This document shows, in pieces, positions 52,434-64,000 of a stretch of 64,000 nt of DNA (position 1 is the stretch's first letter; every line of letters starts with the position of its first letter). A program made the position numbers and the translations under genes. Under the pieces are notes generated by a model. That model ran no database searches and was not told where the DNA came from. It saw nothing but the letters and a program-made list of their open reading frames with translations. This DNA comes from Octopus sinensis (taxonomy: Eukaryota). The stretch is taken from positions 76,322,001-76,386,000 of the forward strand of contig NC_043008.1 in assembly GCF_006345805.1 (NCBI RefSeq). The letters are read 5' to 3'.

Positions 52434-53056
52434 GGATCTTTACCTTTTGACCTACAGATTTAAAAAATGAAATTTTTGTAACTAAACACTTTCAAACTTC
52501 GGATACTGGTAGTATGTGTCAAATAAATCATCTTTTACTGTTAGCATTTTTGAGAAAAACTTATATTTACGAACCTATTTCACGTTAAGGTAGTCCTATT
52601 TCGGTAATTTCAACCAATCAATAACGTGTATTCAGCTGAATAAAATTACTGCCGTTCTTTGTCAACAAGAACTTCCGGCAGCGCATTTTTCATTTGTCAG
52701 TTATTTATGACAACCCTAACCCTAAAACTCTAACCCTAAAACCTTAAAGCTAAAACCAGTACAAACGCACGAACGATGTCATAAATGACAGTAACAAACG
52801 AAAAATACACCGCCGGAAGTTCTTGTTGACAAACAACGGCAGTAAATTTATTCAGCTGTATACACGTCGTTGATTGGTTGTAATTACCGAAATAGGACTA
52901 CTTTAACATGAAATAACTTCGTAAGTATAAGTTTTTTCTCAAAAATGCTAAGAGTAAAAGATGTTTTATATGACACATTCTACCAGTGTCCGAAGTTTTA
53001 AAGTGTTTAGTTACAAAAAATTATTTTTAAATCTGTAGGTCAAAAGGTAAAGATCC
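52434..53056. mobile_element. Foldback/MITE element with ~270-bp inverted arms and telomere-like centre
   Basis: ggatctttaccttttgacctacagattt ... aaatctgtaggtcaaaaggtaaagatcc; centre aaccctaaccctaaaactctaaccctaaaacc. Confidence 0.9.
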
Positions 53057-53377
53057 AAGTAGGCCACTAACAGGAGATGCAAGTAATAACTATACTGAAA
53101 AGTAATGTTTGTTGCCACTTCAAGGCCAGTCTGCTGATCCTATCAAAATCGCTATAAGATAGGGGTAGGCCCATCTGCCTGCACTATATCTGACATAGGT
53201 TGTGTTGTTAACATTTTGGAGAAGTTTTCCTAGGATTAAAAAATAGTCGTAATGTCGTTCCGTACGGAACAACTATGTTGAATGTGGCATGTATATATAT
53301 ATATAATATATATATATATATATACATATTATCAATAATAACAAATTTTTAATTTTTAATATTTAATATTGTGAAAT

Positions 53378-53460
53378 CCCATGCTGATGAAGAAAATGTT
53401 CGGGTAAGTTATAAATTACACATTCTTTATACCGATCTAATTCCGAAACGTGTACATGGG
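53378..53460 (+). ncRNA. Type I hammerhead ribozyme, all core nucleotides intact
   Basis: CCCATG-CTGATGA-(long irregular stem II with TCGG/CCGA)-GAAA-CGTG-TA-CATGGG: perfect 6-bp stem I, palindromic ACGT stem III. Confidence 0.75.
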
Positions 53461-53837
53461 TAATCTAATATCGATTGATTTTCGTTATTTTTCCTCTCTG
53501 CCTTCGTCGATTGTTTTCGAGCAATTTGGTTTTTCCGGGAGTCTCTTTTTAAAGTAGAGGAAATAGCTAAGGTTCTTTGGCAACTATTTCTAAACTTCAG
53601 TATGTGGTAAAGCAAATCTTTGTTGAACCCTATTATAAAGTATATATGTATACATTGGCCTGCTCGCTTAGCCAGCGGGGTGGCGTCATTCGAAGGCTAA
53701 AACAATGCGAACGCATTGTGACCAGCGATGTGTATATGCATATATATATATACATACATACATACATATGTGTGTATGTATTTAAATGTGTATTTGTGCT
53801 CGTTTGTATATGCGTGGTGAATTCATAAATGCATCGT

Positions 53838-54126
53838 AAGCACGTGGCTTATTGGTCAGGGATTCGGCTAAGTTCGCGGGTTCAATTCCCGGTGACAGGT
53901 TGAGCAAGATACTTTATTTCAAGTTGCTCCAGTTCACTCGGCTTTCAAAAATGTGAATACTTGTATTTCAAAGGACCAGCCTTGTCATGTTTTATGTAAC
54001 GCCGAATTTCCCTGAGAACTAAGTTAAAAGCACGCTTGTTTGTGGCGTGCTCAGCCACTTGCACTGGCAAGCTCTTCCGTTGATCGGATCAACTGGAATC
54101 CTTGTCGTTGCAACCGACGGTGTTCC
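53838..54126 (+). mobile_element. tRNA-derived SINE, third family
   Basis: A-box-like GTGGCTTATTGG, B-box GGTTCAATTCC, ttgagcaagatactttatttcaagttgctccag body. Confidence 0.75.
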
Positions 54127-55552
54127 ACATACATTAACTCATTAACGTCAGTGTCAACAATCTTTAGATACAATAAATATAAATCTGCACAATACGATGA
54201 TTTCATACCAACAATTCAGACTGACAAAGTTCTAGTCGTTTATAGGAAACAGAAGAGATATCAAATTCACTTTAGCATTGTGGGAATAAATCTAATAATA
54301 TAGGATCATGATATGATAGCTTCTCTCTAGATAAAATCCTTTACTTCGAAAACCTTCAACTCAACACTGAACGTTAAGAAAATATTCAGTTATTATTCAA
54401 TGTGTCTCATCCACACATATATGAGCTGATACTTTTCTTGATATCTAATTATAACTAGGTGGGCTGAAACAGAAATAAAATGACCATTAATATATACCAA
54501 GATTCCCTATGGGATTACCTGACACGTATGAGTTTCTATCCGGACATCTTATCATACCAATCATTTTAAAGTCTATCGAGAAAACAATGTAAATACCTAA
54601 AACTAGAATTGTGCCATTTTGCACAATTTATTGATAAATAAATCTAATTCTTTTTTCTGCTTCCCACAAATTGTTGCAATATTGTCATACTTCTTTTACT
54701 TTCATTATTGATCAAACTATTCCATCAGAAGTTTCAGAATATCTCTTCAAAACTGTATTGTTTTTGAAAGCTCTCGTAATAGTACCATTTTACCAAACGA
54801 CTGTCAAATCTTTTTATATTTTCTATGTTCTTTCGCCATTTATCCTTCATTTACATGTCTTAATAGTCAATGCTGATCTTTATTCTGACATTCATCGTAA
54901 TCAGTGGTGCCATTTCACTTCTAGCTTTACTATTTGCTCTTTTTTTATAATCATGAGTACATGTATTGCGATTTCTTCGAAGCAGTATCTGGTTACTCCG
55001 TTCTTTGTCAACACATCATCCATGTCTGATTCAACTTTGTTCTCACTACTTTATACTGCAAATTCTTCACGCACAAATACGTATGTACAAGTGTATGCAT
55101 GCAGATTTGTGTGCATTTTTCTATATGTGTGAGTGTATGTCGGGAAGTGCATATGTAAGTGTTGTACCACTAAAATATATCGATTATCAATCCGAAATGT
55201 AAATAAGTGTTATTGATTTTTTTCTGAAACACAAAGTATATAACTTGCAGCTTACACTTATTTAATGGCCAAACCTGGCCATATTTAATGATCTCGCTTT
55301 CCCGCTCTTTCTCTCTCTTTCTACTTCTATGTTATCCTATCTTTCTCCATCTCCCCTCCCTCCCCTCTCTCCTCCTCTCTCTTTCTCAGTGTATGTGTCT
55401 ATAAGAGAAAGACAGTTGTATGTGTATAGACATCTAATGTCTTTTAATGTATCATACCTATCCTTATTCAAACATAGATACACGAACACACACACATACA
55501 CACACAGTCAAATATATGCAATTTTTCGTGCATAGGTACAAATGTTTATCTA

Positions 55553-55939
55553 TACTCTTTCACTCTTTTACTTGTTTCAGTCATTTGACTGTGGCCATTC
55601 TGGAGCACCGCCTTTAGTCGAGCAAATTGATCCCCAGGACTTATACTTTGTAAGCCTAGTACTTATTATTTCGGTCTATTTGGCCGAACCGCTAAGTTAC
55701 GGGAACGTAAACACACCAGCATCGGTTGTCAAGCGATGTTGGTGGGACACACACAGGCACACAAACACACACACATACACACATATACGACAGGCTTCTT
55801 TCAGTTTCCGTCTACCAAATCCACTCACAAGGCTTTGGTCAGCCCAAGGCTATAGCAGAAGACACTTGCCGAAGGTGCCACGCAGTGGGACTGAACCCGG
55901 AACCATGTGGTTCGTAAGCAAGCTACTTACCACACAGCC
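55553..55939 (-). mobile_element. SINE family A, near full length and young
   Basis: Reverse complement closely matches 31466-31828. Confidence 0.92.
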
Positions 55940-56116
55940 TAAAACTGAGAATGTGTGTCTGTCTCTCTGTCTGTTTCCCTAAAACTTGCCCACAGCAATA
56001 TCATACTTCTCCACTATTCATTTTTACGTGTTAAAAGTGAAACAAAAACATCTCTCTATTGTATATATATGGATGTATATATATATATATGGATGTATAT
56101 ATATATATAATATATA

Positions 56117-56158
<42 letters not shown>

Positions 56159-56403
56159 ATGTGTATATATATCTATATATATATTTATACATGTATATAT
56201 ATACATGTATATATATGGATGTATATATATATATATATATATACATGTATATATATTGCTGTATATGTATAGATGTATTTCTATAGATATACATGTATGT
56301 CTAGATGTATATATATATATATATAGATGTACATGTAATATGTACACATATATATATATATACATATATACATACATACATATATACACCCATACACACA
56401 CAC

Positions 56404-56715
56404 ATAGGTGCAGGTGTGGCTGTGTGGTAACAAACTTCGTTCCTAAACACATGGTCCTCAGTTCAGTCCCGCTGTGTGTCTTCTGCTATAGCCTCAGGCC
56501 AACCAAAGCATTGTAAATGGATTTTGTAGACTGAAACTGAAAGAAATCAATTGTATGTATATGTATATATGTAAGTCTATGTGTGTGTGTTTGTATTTCT
56601 CCCTCATCACTGCTTCACAACTGGTATTCGTTTATTTACATCCCCATAACTTACTGGTTTCACAAGAAGAAACTGATCGAATAAGTACCAGGCTTATCAA
56701 AATATAAAAAAGCAC
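56404..56715 (+). mobile_element. SINE family A whose 3' half plus flank is tandemly duplicated
   Basis: Unit 56518-56850 is repeated as 56851-56912 + 59753-60060, split by the RTE LINE. Confidence 0.85.
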
Positions 56716-56792
56716 TACGCAGTGTCTCATATTTTTGTCTCCCCACTCAGTTGTATCAATCAATTTATCTTTGTGTGTGTGTGTGTATACAT

Positions 56793-56851
<59 letters not shown>

Positions 56852-56912
56852 GGATTTTGTAGATAGGAACTGAAACAAATCAATCGTATATATATCTATG
56901 TATATATGTAAG

Positions 56913-59746
56913 TGTATATGTTTTGGTATTGGCAACATGAATGACAATGGTCAGAGACTAGTTGAATTTTGCACATACCATAACCTGTGCATCACTAACC
57001 ATTCTTCGCCAACAAGACATCCTACAAGGCATCTTGGAGACATCCAAGATCTCACCACTGGCATCACTTGGAGCTCATCATTACACGAAGATCCTTTCTA
57101 AATTCTGTTCAACTGACCCGTAATTACCACAGCGCAGATTGTGACACAGATCATTCACTAATAAGAAGCAGGGTGAGAATTCTGCCTAAAAATGTCCATC
57201 ACTCCAAGAAAATGGGCCGACCATTAATACTGCCAGAACCTTGGACCCTGCCTCCGACAATGTTTTGCTGATTCTATCAAAGTTGCCCTCAGTAGCTGCC
57301 CAACATCCTCTGCTGAAAGGATGTGGAATTATATCAGGGAAGCTTTGTATACCACATCAATAGATACTTTCCGCATGAGAGAAAGGCAAAACCCAGATTG
57401 GTTTAATACTGGGCTCTCAGAGCTGGAAACAGTTATCGAAGCAAAGTGTGCAGCTCTGATGCAATACAAGAGGGATTCTTCTACAAATCACTCGAAGAAC
57501 TCAGAAAGGCAAGAAATAAAACCCAACTGACTGCCAGACGCTGTGCAAATAGGTATTGGCAGGAAATCTGTCAGAGTAGCCAGTCAGCTGCTGACAGTGG
57601 CGACACCCGTGGGATGTATGCTGGTTTGAAGAAGGCCCTCGGTCAATCCGTAACGAAGTCAGCCCCTCTGAAATCAACTACTGGAGATCTCATCAAGGAC
57701 CAAAGCAAGCAATTGGATAGATGGGTGGAGTACTACCAGGATCTCTACTCACGGGAGACCACGGTAGCTGAGGCTGCAATCGAGGGTGTCAAGATCTTGC
57801 CAGTGATGTGCGAACTTGACAGTCTGCTATCTATAGCAGAGCTCACTAAGGCTGTTGGCTCCTTAGCAAGTAACAAGGCTCCAGGAAAAGAGATCATCAA
57901 AACCGACAAAACACCGTTCTGCTTCGGCACCTTCGTGAGCTTCTGTGGCAGTGCTGAGAAGAGGGTACAGTCCCTCGGGATATGCGGGATGCTAACATCA
58001 TTACGCTTTACAAAAACAAAGGTGATCATGGTGATTGCAACAATTACCGTGGAATATCTCTTCTAAACACTGTTGGAAAGGCTTTTGCTCGTATTATCCT
58101 GTCCAGGCTGCAACTGCTTGCTTCTCGAATTTATCTAGAATCAGAGTGTGGCTTTAGAAGAAGCAGATCAACTATTGACATGATATTCTCCATACACCAA
58201 CTTCAGGAGAAGCTCAGAAAGCATAAAATGTCATTATATATGGCCTTCATTGATCTGACAAAGGCCTTGACTTGGCAAGTAGAAAAGGCCTCTTCATCTT
58301 GCTCCAAAAAGTCGGATGTCTACCAAAGCTGCTGAGGATCATCAAATCTTTCCATGATATGCAAGGCATCATACAGCACAATGATTCAACATCAGCCGCC
58401 TTCCAAATAAAAAATGGGGTAAAGCAAGGTTGTGTCCTTGCTCCTACATTATTTGGCATCTTCTTGCTGCTGCTGTCACATGCCTTTGAGACATCAGATG
58501 ATGGAGTGTTTCTGCACAGTGGAAGTGATGGAAAACTGTTCAATCTCTCGCGTCTGCGTGCCAAGACCAAAGTCAGAAGCGTCTCGATCAAGGAGATGCT
58601 ATTTGCTGATGATGCCGCTCTGGTATCACACACAAAAGAAGCCCTACAAAGGCTCATCAACTGTTTTGAGCAAGCATGTATCAACTTTGGCTTAGTTCTC
58701 AGCCGCAAGAAGACCAACATCATGGGTCAGGCTACATCGGACATCCCAAACATACATATTGGAGACCACAGACTACAGGAGGTGGAGAAGTTTACCTATC
58801 TTGGCTCTACCGTCACCTACAACCTATCCCTTGATGCTGAGCTCAATATACGCATTGGCAAGGCAGCTGATGTGATGACTCAACTCTCCAAACGAGCATG
58901 GGACAACAATAAGCTGACCAAGAATACAAAAATGAAGATTTACCAGGCATGTGTACTTAGCACTCTACTGTATGGAAGTGAGACTTGGACGCAATACACA
59001 CGCCAAGAGCGTCACCTAAATATCTTTCACCTGCGCTGCCTCCGGAAAATCCATCGCATCAAATGGCAGAATCATATTCCCAACAAAGATGTCCTCATGC
59101 AAGCAAGAATACGAAGCATGTTTGCACTCCTCACACAAAGACGTATGAGATGGCTTGGACATGTTAGCCATGGGGACTTAACACCCACAATTTTGTCATT
59201 TTATCTAAGCAAAAACGAATACAGTTGTGCTCTTGGAAGCTGTAGGGTTACCCGATCATAAACGTTTAGCATTATTTCTAATTTAATGGTACAACAGTGT
59301 AACAGTTTGCTTTGACATACACTTACATAGTGATTTCTGCAAGGACATACTCAACGGAGAGCTTGCTAGGGGTACTAGGTCTGTGGAAAGACCGTTCTTA
59401 CGATAGAAGGATGTTTGAAAAAGGGACATGAATGCCTGCAACATCAACATTACCAACTGGAAAGCAGTTGCCAGCAAGTGTGGAAATTGGCGACACAAAG
59501 GAGTGATATAGAGAGAGAGGAGAAATGCAGCGACAAGAAAATACGTCAACAAGAAACTATGACTTTGCAACCAGCCAGGCAAAGTTTTCGCTACGTTTGC
59601 GGCACCTGCCAGAGGGAGTGTTTGTCCAGGATAGGACTACACAGCCACAGCAGGAGATGTATAAGGACATGAAATGTAAAAGCCTGACTAGATTATTTTA
59701 TGCACAACTCCATTGTCTCCCGAGACAAAAAGGATGCCAACAACAA
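56913..59746 (+). mobile_element. RTE-clade LINE (5'-truncated APE-RT ORF, frameshifted) with ~62-bp target-site duplication
   Basis: FGIGNMNDNGQRLVEFC, DCDTDHSL, NKAPG, YKNKGD..DCNNYRGISLL, SECGFR..RSTIDMIF, GVKQGCVLAPTLF, MLFADDAAL, LLYGSETWT, RWLGHV; tail ggatgccaacaacaa. Confidence 0.95.
59167..59342 (+). repeat. 176-bp insertion in the RTE ORF; second copy at 60328-60502
   Basis: gccatg..ggacttaacacccacaattttgtc...gtgatttctgcaa occurs twice with ~11 differences. Confidence 0.92.
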
Positions 59747-60049
59747 TATATATGGATTTCGTAGACAGGAACTGAAATAAATCAATCATACATATATGTA
59801 TGTATATAGGTAAGTCTATGTGTGTGTCTTTGTGTTTCTCCCTCATCACTGCTTCACAACTGCTGTTCATTTATTTACATCCACATAACTTACTGGTTTC
59901 ACAAGAACAAACTAATAGAATAAGTACCAGGCTTATCAACATAAAAAAAGCACTAGGCTGAGTGTCATGTTTTTGTTTGCCCACTCAGTTGTATCTATCA
60001 ATTTATCTTTGTATGTGTGTGTGTATATATATATAGCTATATCTATATC

Positions 60050-60061
60050 TATCTATCTATC

Positions 60062-60093
<32 letters not shown>

Positions 60094-61398
60094 ATATATA
60101 TAACACCCTAATTGGAGCCTTAGCTCCCAAATTTTAGTTATTTCTTTTATGATCCAAAACTAGGATGGATCTTTATGAAATTTGGAAATTATATTCTATG
60201 CATAAGGGCCATATCCCTCATGACAATTCATATATTTTTGCTGTTGATAAAATTTTAACCAAAGATATTAGACACAAATGAAGAAATATTTATAAAATTT
60301 CATCTTCTTACAAGTTAGAAAGACCCCGCCATGTGGACTTAACACCCACAATTTTGTCATTTTATCTAAGCAAAATCGAATACAGTTGTGCTCTTGGAAG
60401 CTGTAGAGTTACCCGAGCATAAAAGTTGAGCATTATTTCTAATTCAATGGTACAACAGTGTAAGAGTTTGCTTTACTTACACTTACATTGTGATTTCTGC
60501 AATGTGCTGCATAAATTGTCAAGTAAATGAGAGGCATCTTTGCCTCCACTGATTCAGTTGCAAAGTTATTTGATTGCAGACCTCCTTTCAGTCTTTTTAT
60601 TATCACTGGGTCACACATAGTTCCCAGATGGTAACATTGATTTCAAGGCCTTCCCAGATGTGTGACCGGTTATTCAGAGACATTTATAGATTGTAAATAT
60701 ATTCTGTCCCGTTACGTATCAGTATAGTGGTCATTTGCAAACTCCAGAGGTGACACTTTAATTTTTCCTTAGCCCTCACGTTACACAGTTATTAGTGTTG
60801 ATTTCGATTGGATCACGCCCTTCCAATTGCTATAGATTCGTAATGCATCTTACGACTGTGCCTGTCACCTGCATGATGAGGAATCCTACATCGGGAGTGG
60901 TACCGACTAGGGTAGGGTAACTGACTGCTTATTATGATCATTCGTCTTTTGGTTTCCTGTAGCTTTACTCTCTTTTACAAACCCAGTAAAAAATATATTT
61001 CCTATTTCAAAGAAATTTAAACAATAGATATAAGACCCAAGTTAAAAAGATTCTCAACAATTCAACTTCTCTGGTTGACATTGAGATGCCCACCTCCAAC
61101 AGGGAGGGGCCTTAGCTCTCACATTTTAGAGCTCCATGACTTTCATTTTTCAGGAGCAAAATCTTTTTAACAGGTTCAATATGACTAGAATTTTAAAATA
61201 TGCGCATAAACATCAGTAGTATGGGATACATGTGGCACGATTATAACTTTTTTAGGGTGTATAAAGAGGGAAATAACACTCATCTGCAATTTTGATGAAA
61301 TTCGAAACATAGATGTTCCAGTTCATTACAGAAAATATAAAAGAAAAGTCTAATTCTTCGATTGAATGTAACCGGGTAACGCCGGGTATCTCTACTAG
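60050..61398 (+). mobile_element. Non-autonomous Helitron-like element (5' end uncertain)
   Basis: 3' hairpin ccgg-gtaacg-ccgg then CTAG|T at 61395-61399; TCTATATATA-type start in the microsatellite; internal ggatctttatgaaatttgg motif. Confidence 0.55.
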
Positions 61399-63334
61399 TA
61401 CATATATAAATACAAACACAGGTTTCGGTGGAGGCATGCGTATGCGTGCAAGAGAGAGAGGGAGAGAAAAGGGAGAGAAAGGGGAGAGAGGGGGAGAGAG
61501 GGAGAGAGAAGGAGAGAGCTAGGAAGATGGCGGGGGAGAGGGAGGAGAGAGAGTGTGTGTGTGAATGTGTACGGTGAGACAGACAGACATACTGACAGTC
61601 AGATAGATAGATAGATAGATAGATAGATATACATGCATAATTATTTGTGCATGCCTAAGCTTGCATCTAATTTCTAAATTTAGCAAAGTTATTTTTCCTT
61701 GTAAGGAAATAAAAGGTTGTACTTGCTGTAGTGTGCAATTTCGTAGCCATTTATGTGTTTATATGTGTGTGATATAGCTTCTAATAAGACAGGTGATCAT
61801 GTAGAAGTTGTATTTCTTTACTAGAATTTCAACAAACCCTAACAAATCGATATATATATGTGCCCTCACACCGAAATAGAAAATTGTTGCTGTTGCCCGG
61901 CAGGTAATTAGATCGTGCAATTTTCATTTAAAAAAACCCATAAAATCAAATCGAATCATTTATGATGAGATTTAAAAGTCATCATTTCATAGTTGTTATT
62001 TTGTGAAACTACAACTAAATTAAGTAGTATTTAATACTACTAACACAGAATGCATTCTCTATTAAAGATATTAAAAATATATTTATCATATATTTTTTAT
62101 CGTGTTTGATCTTTGCAACATTCATTTATTTCATTTTTGGTTGTTGTTTCACTATAAAACATTTTTAGTGTAAAAGCACTACATAGTATATGTGAATTAA
62201 TTTGAAAATTTAAATCCGTTTGATCTAATTTACAACATAACACAGGTTGTTGATTTCTCCATTAAATGAATGCGAATAATTAAAAAAGAGAGAAAAAAGG
62301 TTTCTAACTCAATAGCGGATATATAATTAAAAGATTTTTCTTTTCAAGCGCACCTCCGCTTCTATAAACAGAATGAATTCATATTATTTGAAAAGGTGAT
62401 GGAATCGAAGCTTTTCATTCTAAAATTCTTCATGTATTTCTGCTATCTTAAATTTGTTCGGTTGATTAAATACTTAAATCTCGGAAACAGAAAATAGAAC
62501 ACTTTTATTTTGGTGTGGATTTTCTCTGATTCTTTTTTTCCGTTTCCATCTGGATAACCTTTCGTAATATACTGAGCTTCCGAATAACTTTTGCTTTATT
62601 TCCTTCAACATCTTTTATATTGACTTACGTATCGACTTCCATGTTATTCACCCTTTCCTATCATTCGTATTCTTTTGATTGAGACTAAACTTTATTAACA
62701 ATGCTGATATTTTACTTCATAGTGACTATACCACTTTCGCATTTAAAGTGCGTCTCACTGACATGTCTTCACGAAACTCCTTTTCTCTGCCTAATTATAT
62801 AAAGTAAATGACAAAGCATTTCAAATTTATAAATATTTCCTTGAAATAAAACTGATTGTATCCTAATCAAAATATTGCTTTTATGTCTGTGGTCAATAAA
62901 AGTGGGTATTGAATTTATTTCGTCAATTGCAGACCTCAAATAGTGTGGAGAAATGATGGGAGACACCGAAAACCAGGAGCAAAAGTGATAGCAGGACCGA
63001 AAGCGAGGGGGAGGGACATCACGCGAAGAAGCATTTTCTTTTTCTTTTTTTTTCGCTGAGTGCGACAGACGTGCAGAAGGTATCATTTTGAGAAGAGTGG
63101 TTCATTTTGATCAGATGTTCGAGTAGAATGCATGTATGGATATAAATCCCTGAGTTCTACTGGTTCCTGCGATCCGAAGTCTGAATATAATTTTACCGAT
63201 TTCTTCTCGAGGTGAGAACTACCTTATGTTTAGCCTTACGGCACATAGCTATTTCGGCATGCCGTTTACTTGTGGAGATATACATATTTTCTTTTCTTCT
63301 CTTTCCTCCTGCCTTCGTACCACCGACACGCGCG

Positions 63335-64000
63335 ATGACTACCTAGAAAATAATCAGTAACGACGATTCGAGATCGTTTGCTAGGGAAGGTGATGTGGTG
63401 GCCTCTATGAAAAAAGGCGAAACTCGTAGTGAAATTGCTGAGCATCTAAGATGTGCGTATTCTTATGCCCCTGTACTTAGAGAGAAATGAGCTGAATCTG
63501 TATTTAGAAATGAAGAAAGCAGATGAGATGAACGTGGGAAAAATCGAAGCGTGTCTGAAGGACGCTTATACGGAAGCATTCAAAACCTACAGCAAGCTTA
63601 GGAGAGTAAAATAGAGAGGCGAGTAAGTTGACAACTATATAAGTGAAATGAGATTACCTGGGTTAGCTAAGTTCACCGGAGCAGCAATGTAGCGGATTGT
63701 GAATCTGGTTTCTGTGATTGGATTCCACGATCACATCTCAGTGGGGTTGCAACACAAACTGGATATCGAAATAATGTCAGTTGAAACCCTGATAGATAAG
63801 ATGTGAGTGTTGACACGGAACGACACAAGCGATGTACCTGAGACGGAGACAGTGGATGTAAGTAGGATGAAAAAGCAGGTAGCAATTAGCAAAAACAGGA
63901 GTATAGTTAGACAGCTAGCTGAGGAACCATGTTTTAGGTGTCAGGAGCAGTATGTTACCGATGTACCCAGCCCGAGCACAGCGAGCTTATTGTAAATAGG
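63335..64000 (+). pseudogene. Gypsy-type LTR retrotransposon gag remnant
   Basis: F..EGDVVA..KK.KLV.KL.SI.DV..LMPLYLE..L.LYLEM......IEA.LK.AY..F..YSKL..V..RGE.VD.Y..E.RL; CFRC knuckle half; several stops and frameshifts. Confidence 0.75.

Overview
AT-rich, microsatellite-dense eukaryotic DNA. It is most likely an octopod cephalopod (inferred from octopus-type tRNA-derived SINE families and the very high (AT)n/(GT)n density). I could not name any host gene. The window is mostly decayed mobile DNA: two 5'-truncated Penelope-like elements (PLEs) with GIY-YIG remnants and inverted pseudo-LTRs, RTE, CR1-like, Tx1/L1-like and R4/Dong LINE fragments, Tc1/mariner remnants, MITEs, Helitron-type non-autonomous elements, many SINEs and a Gypsy gag remnant. 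All transposon ORFs are broken. The most striking signal is five sequence-unrelated minimal hammerhead-ribozyme families (about 5.3/6.7, 7.8/8.1, 14.5, 32.0/34.7 and 53.4 kb); four sit in or next to inverted repeats, and three have no visible ORF nearby. Other notable items are a 420-bp near-perfect palindrome, a candidate degenerate HDV-like ribozyme, a 175-bp locally templated insertion in an RTE LINE, two related MITEs with telomere-like cores, and low-confidence chains of minus-strand (micro)exons. Most coordinates were read by eye and element ends are approximate.
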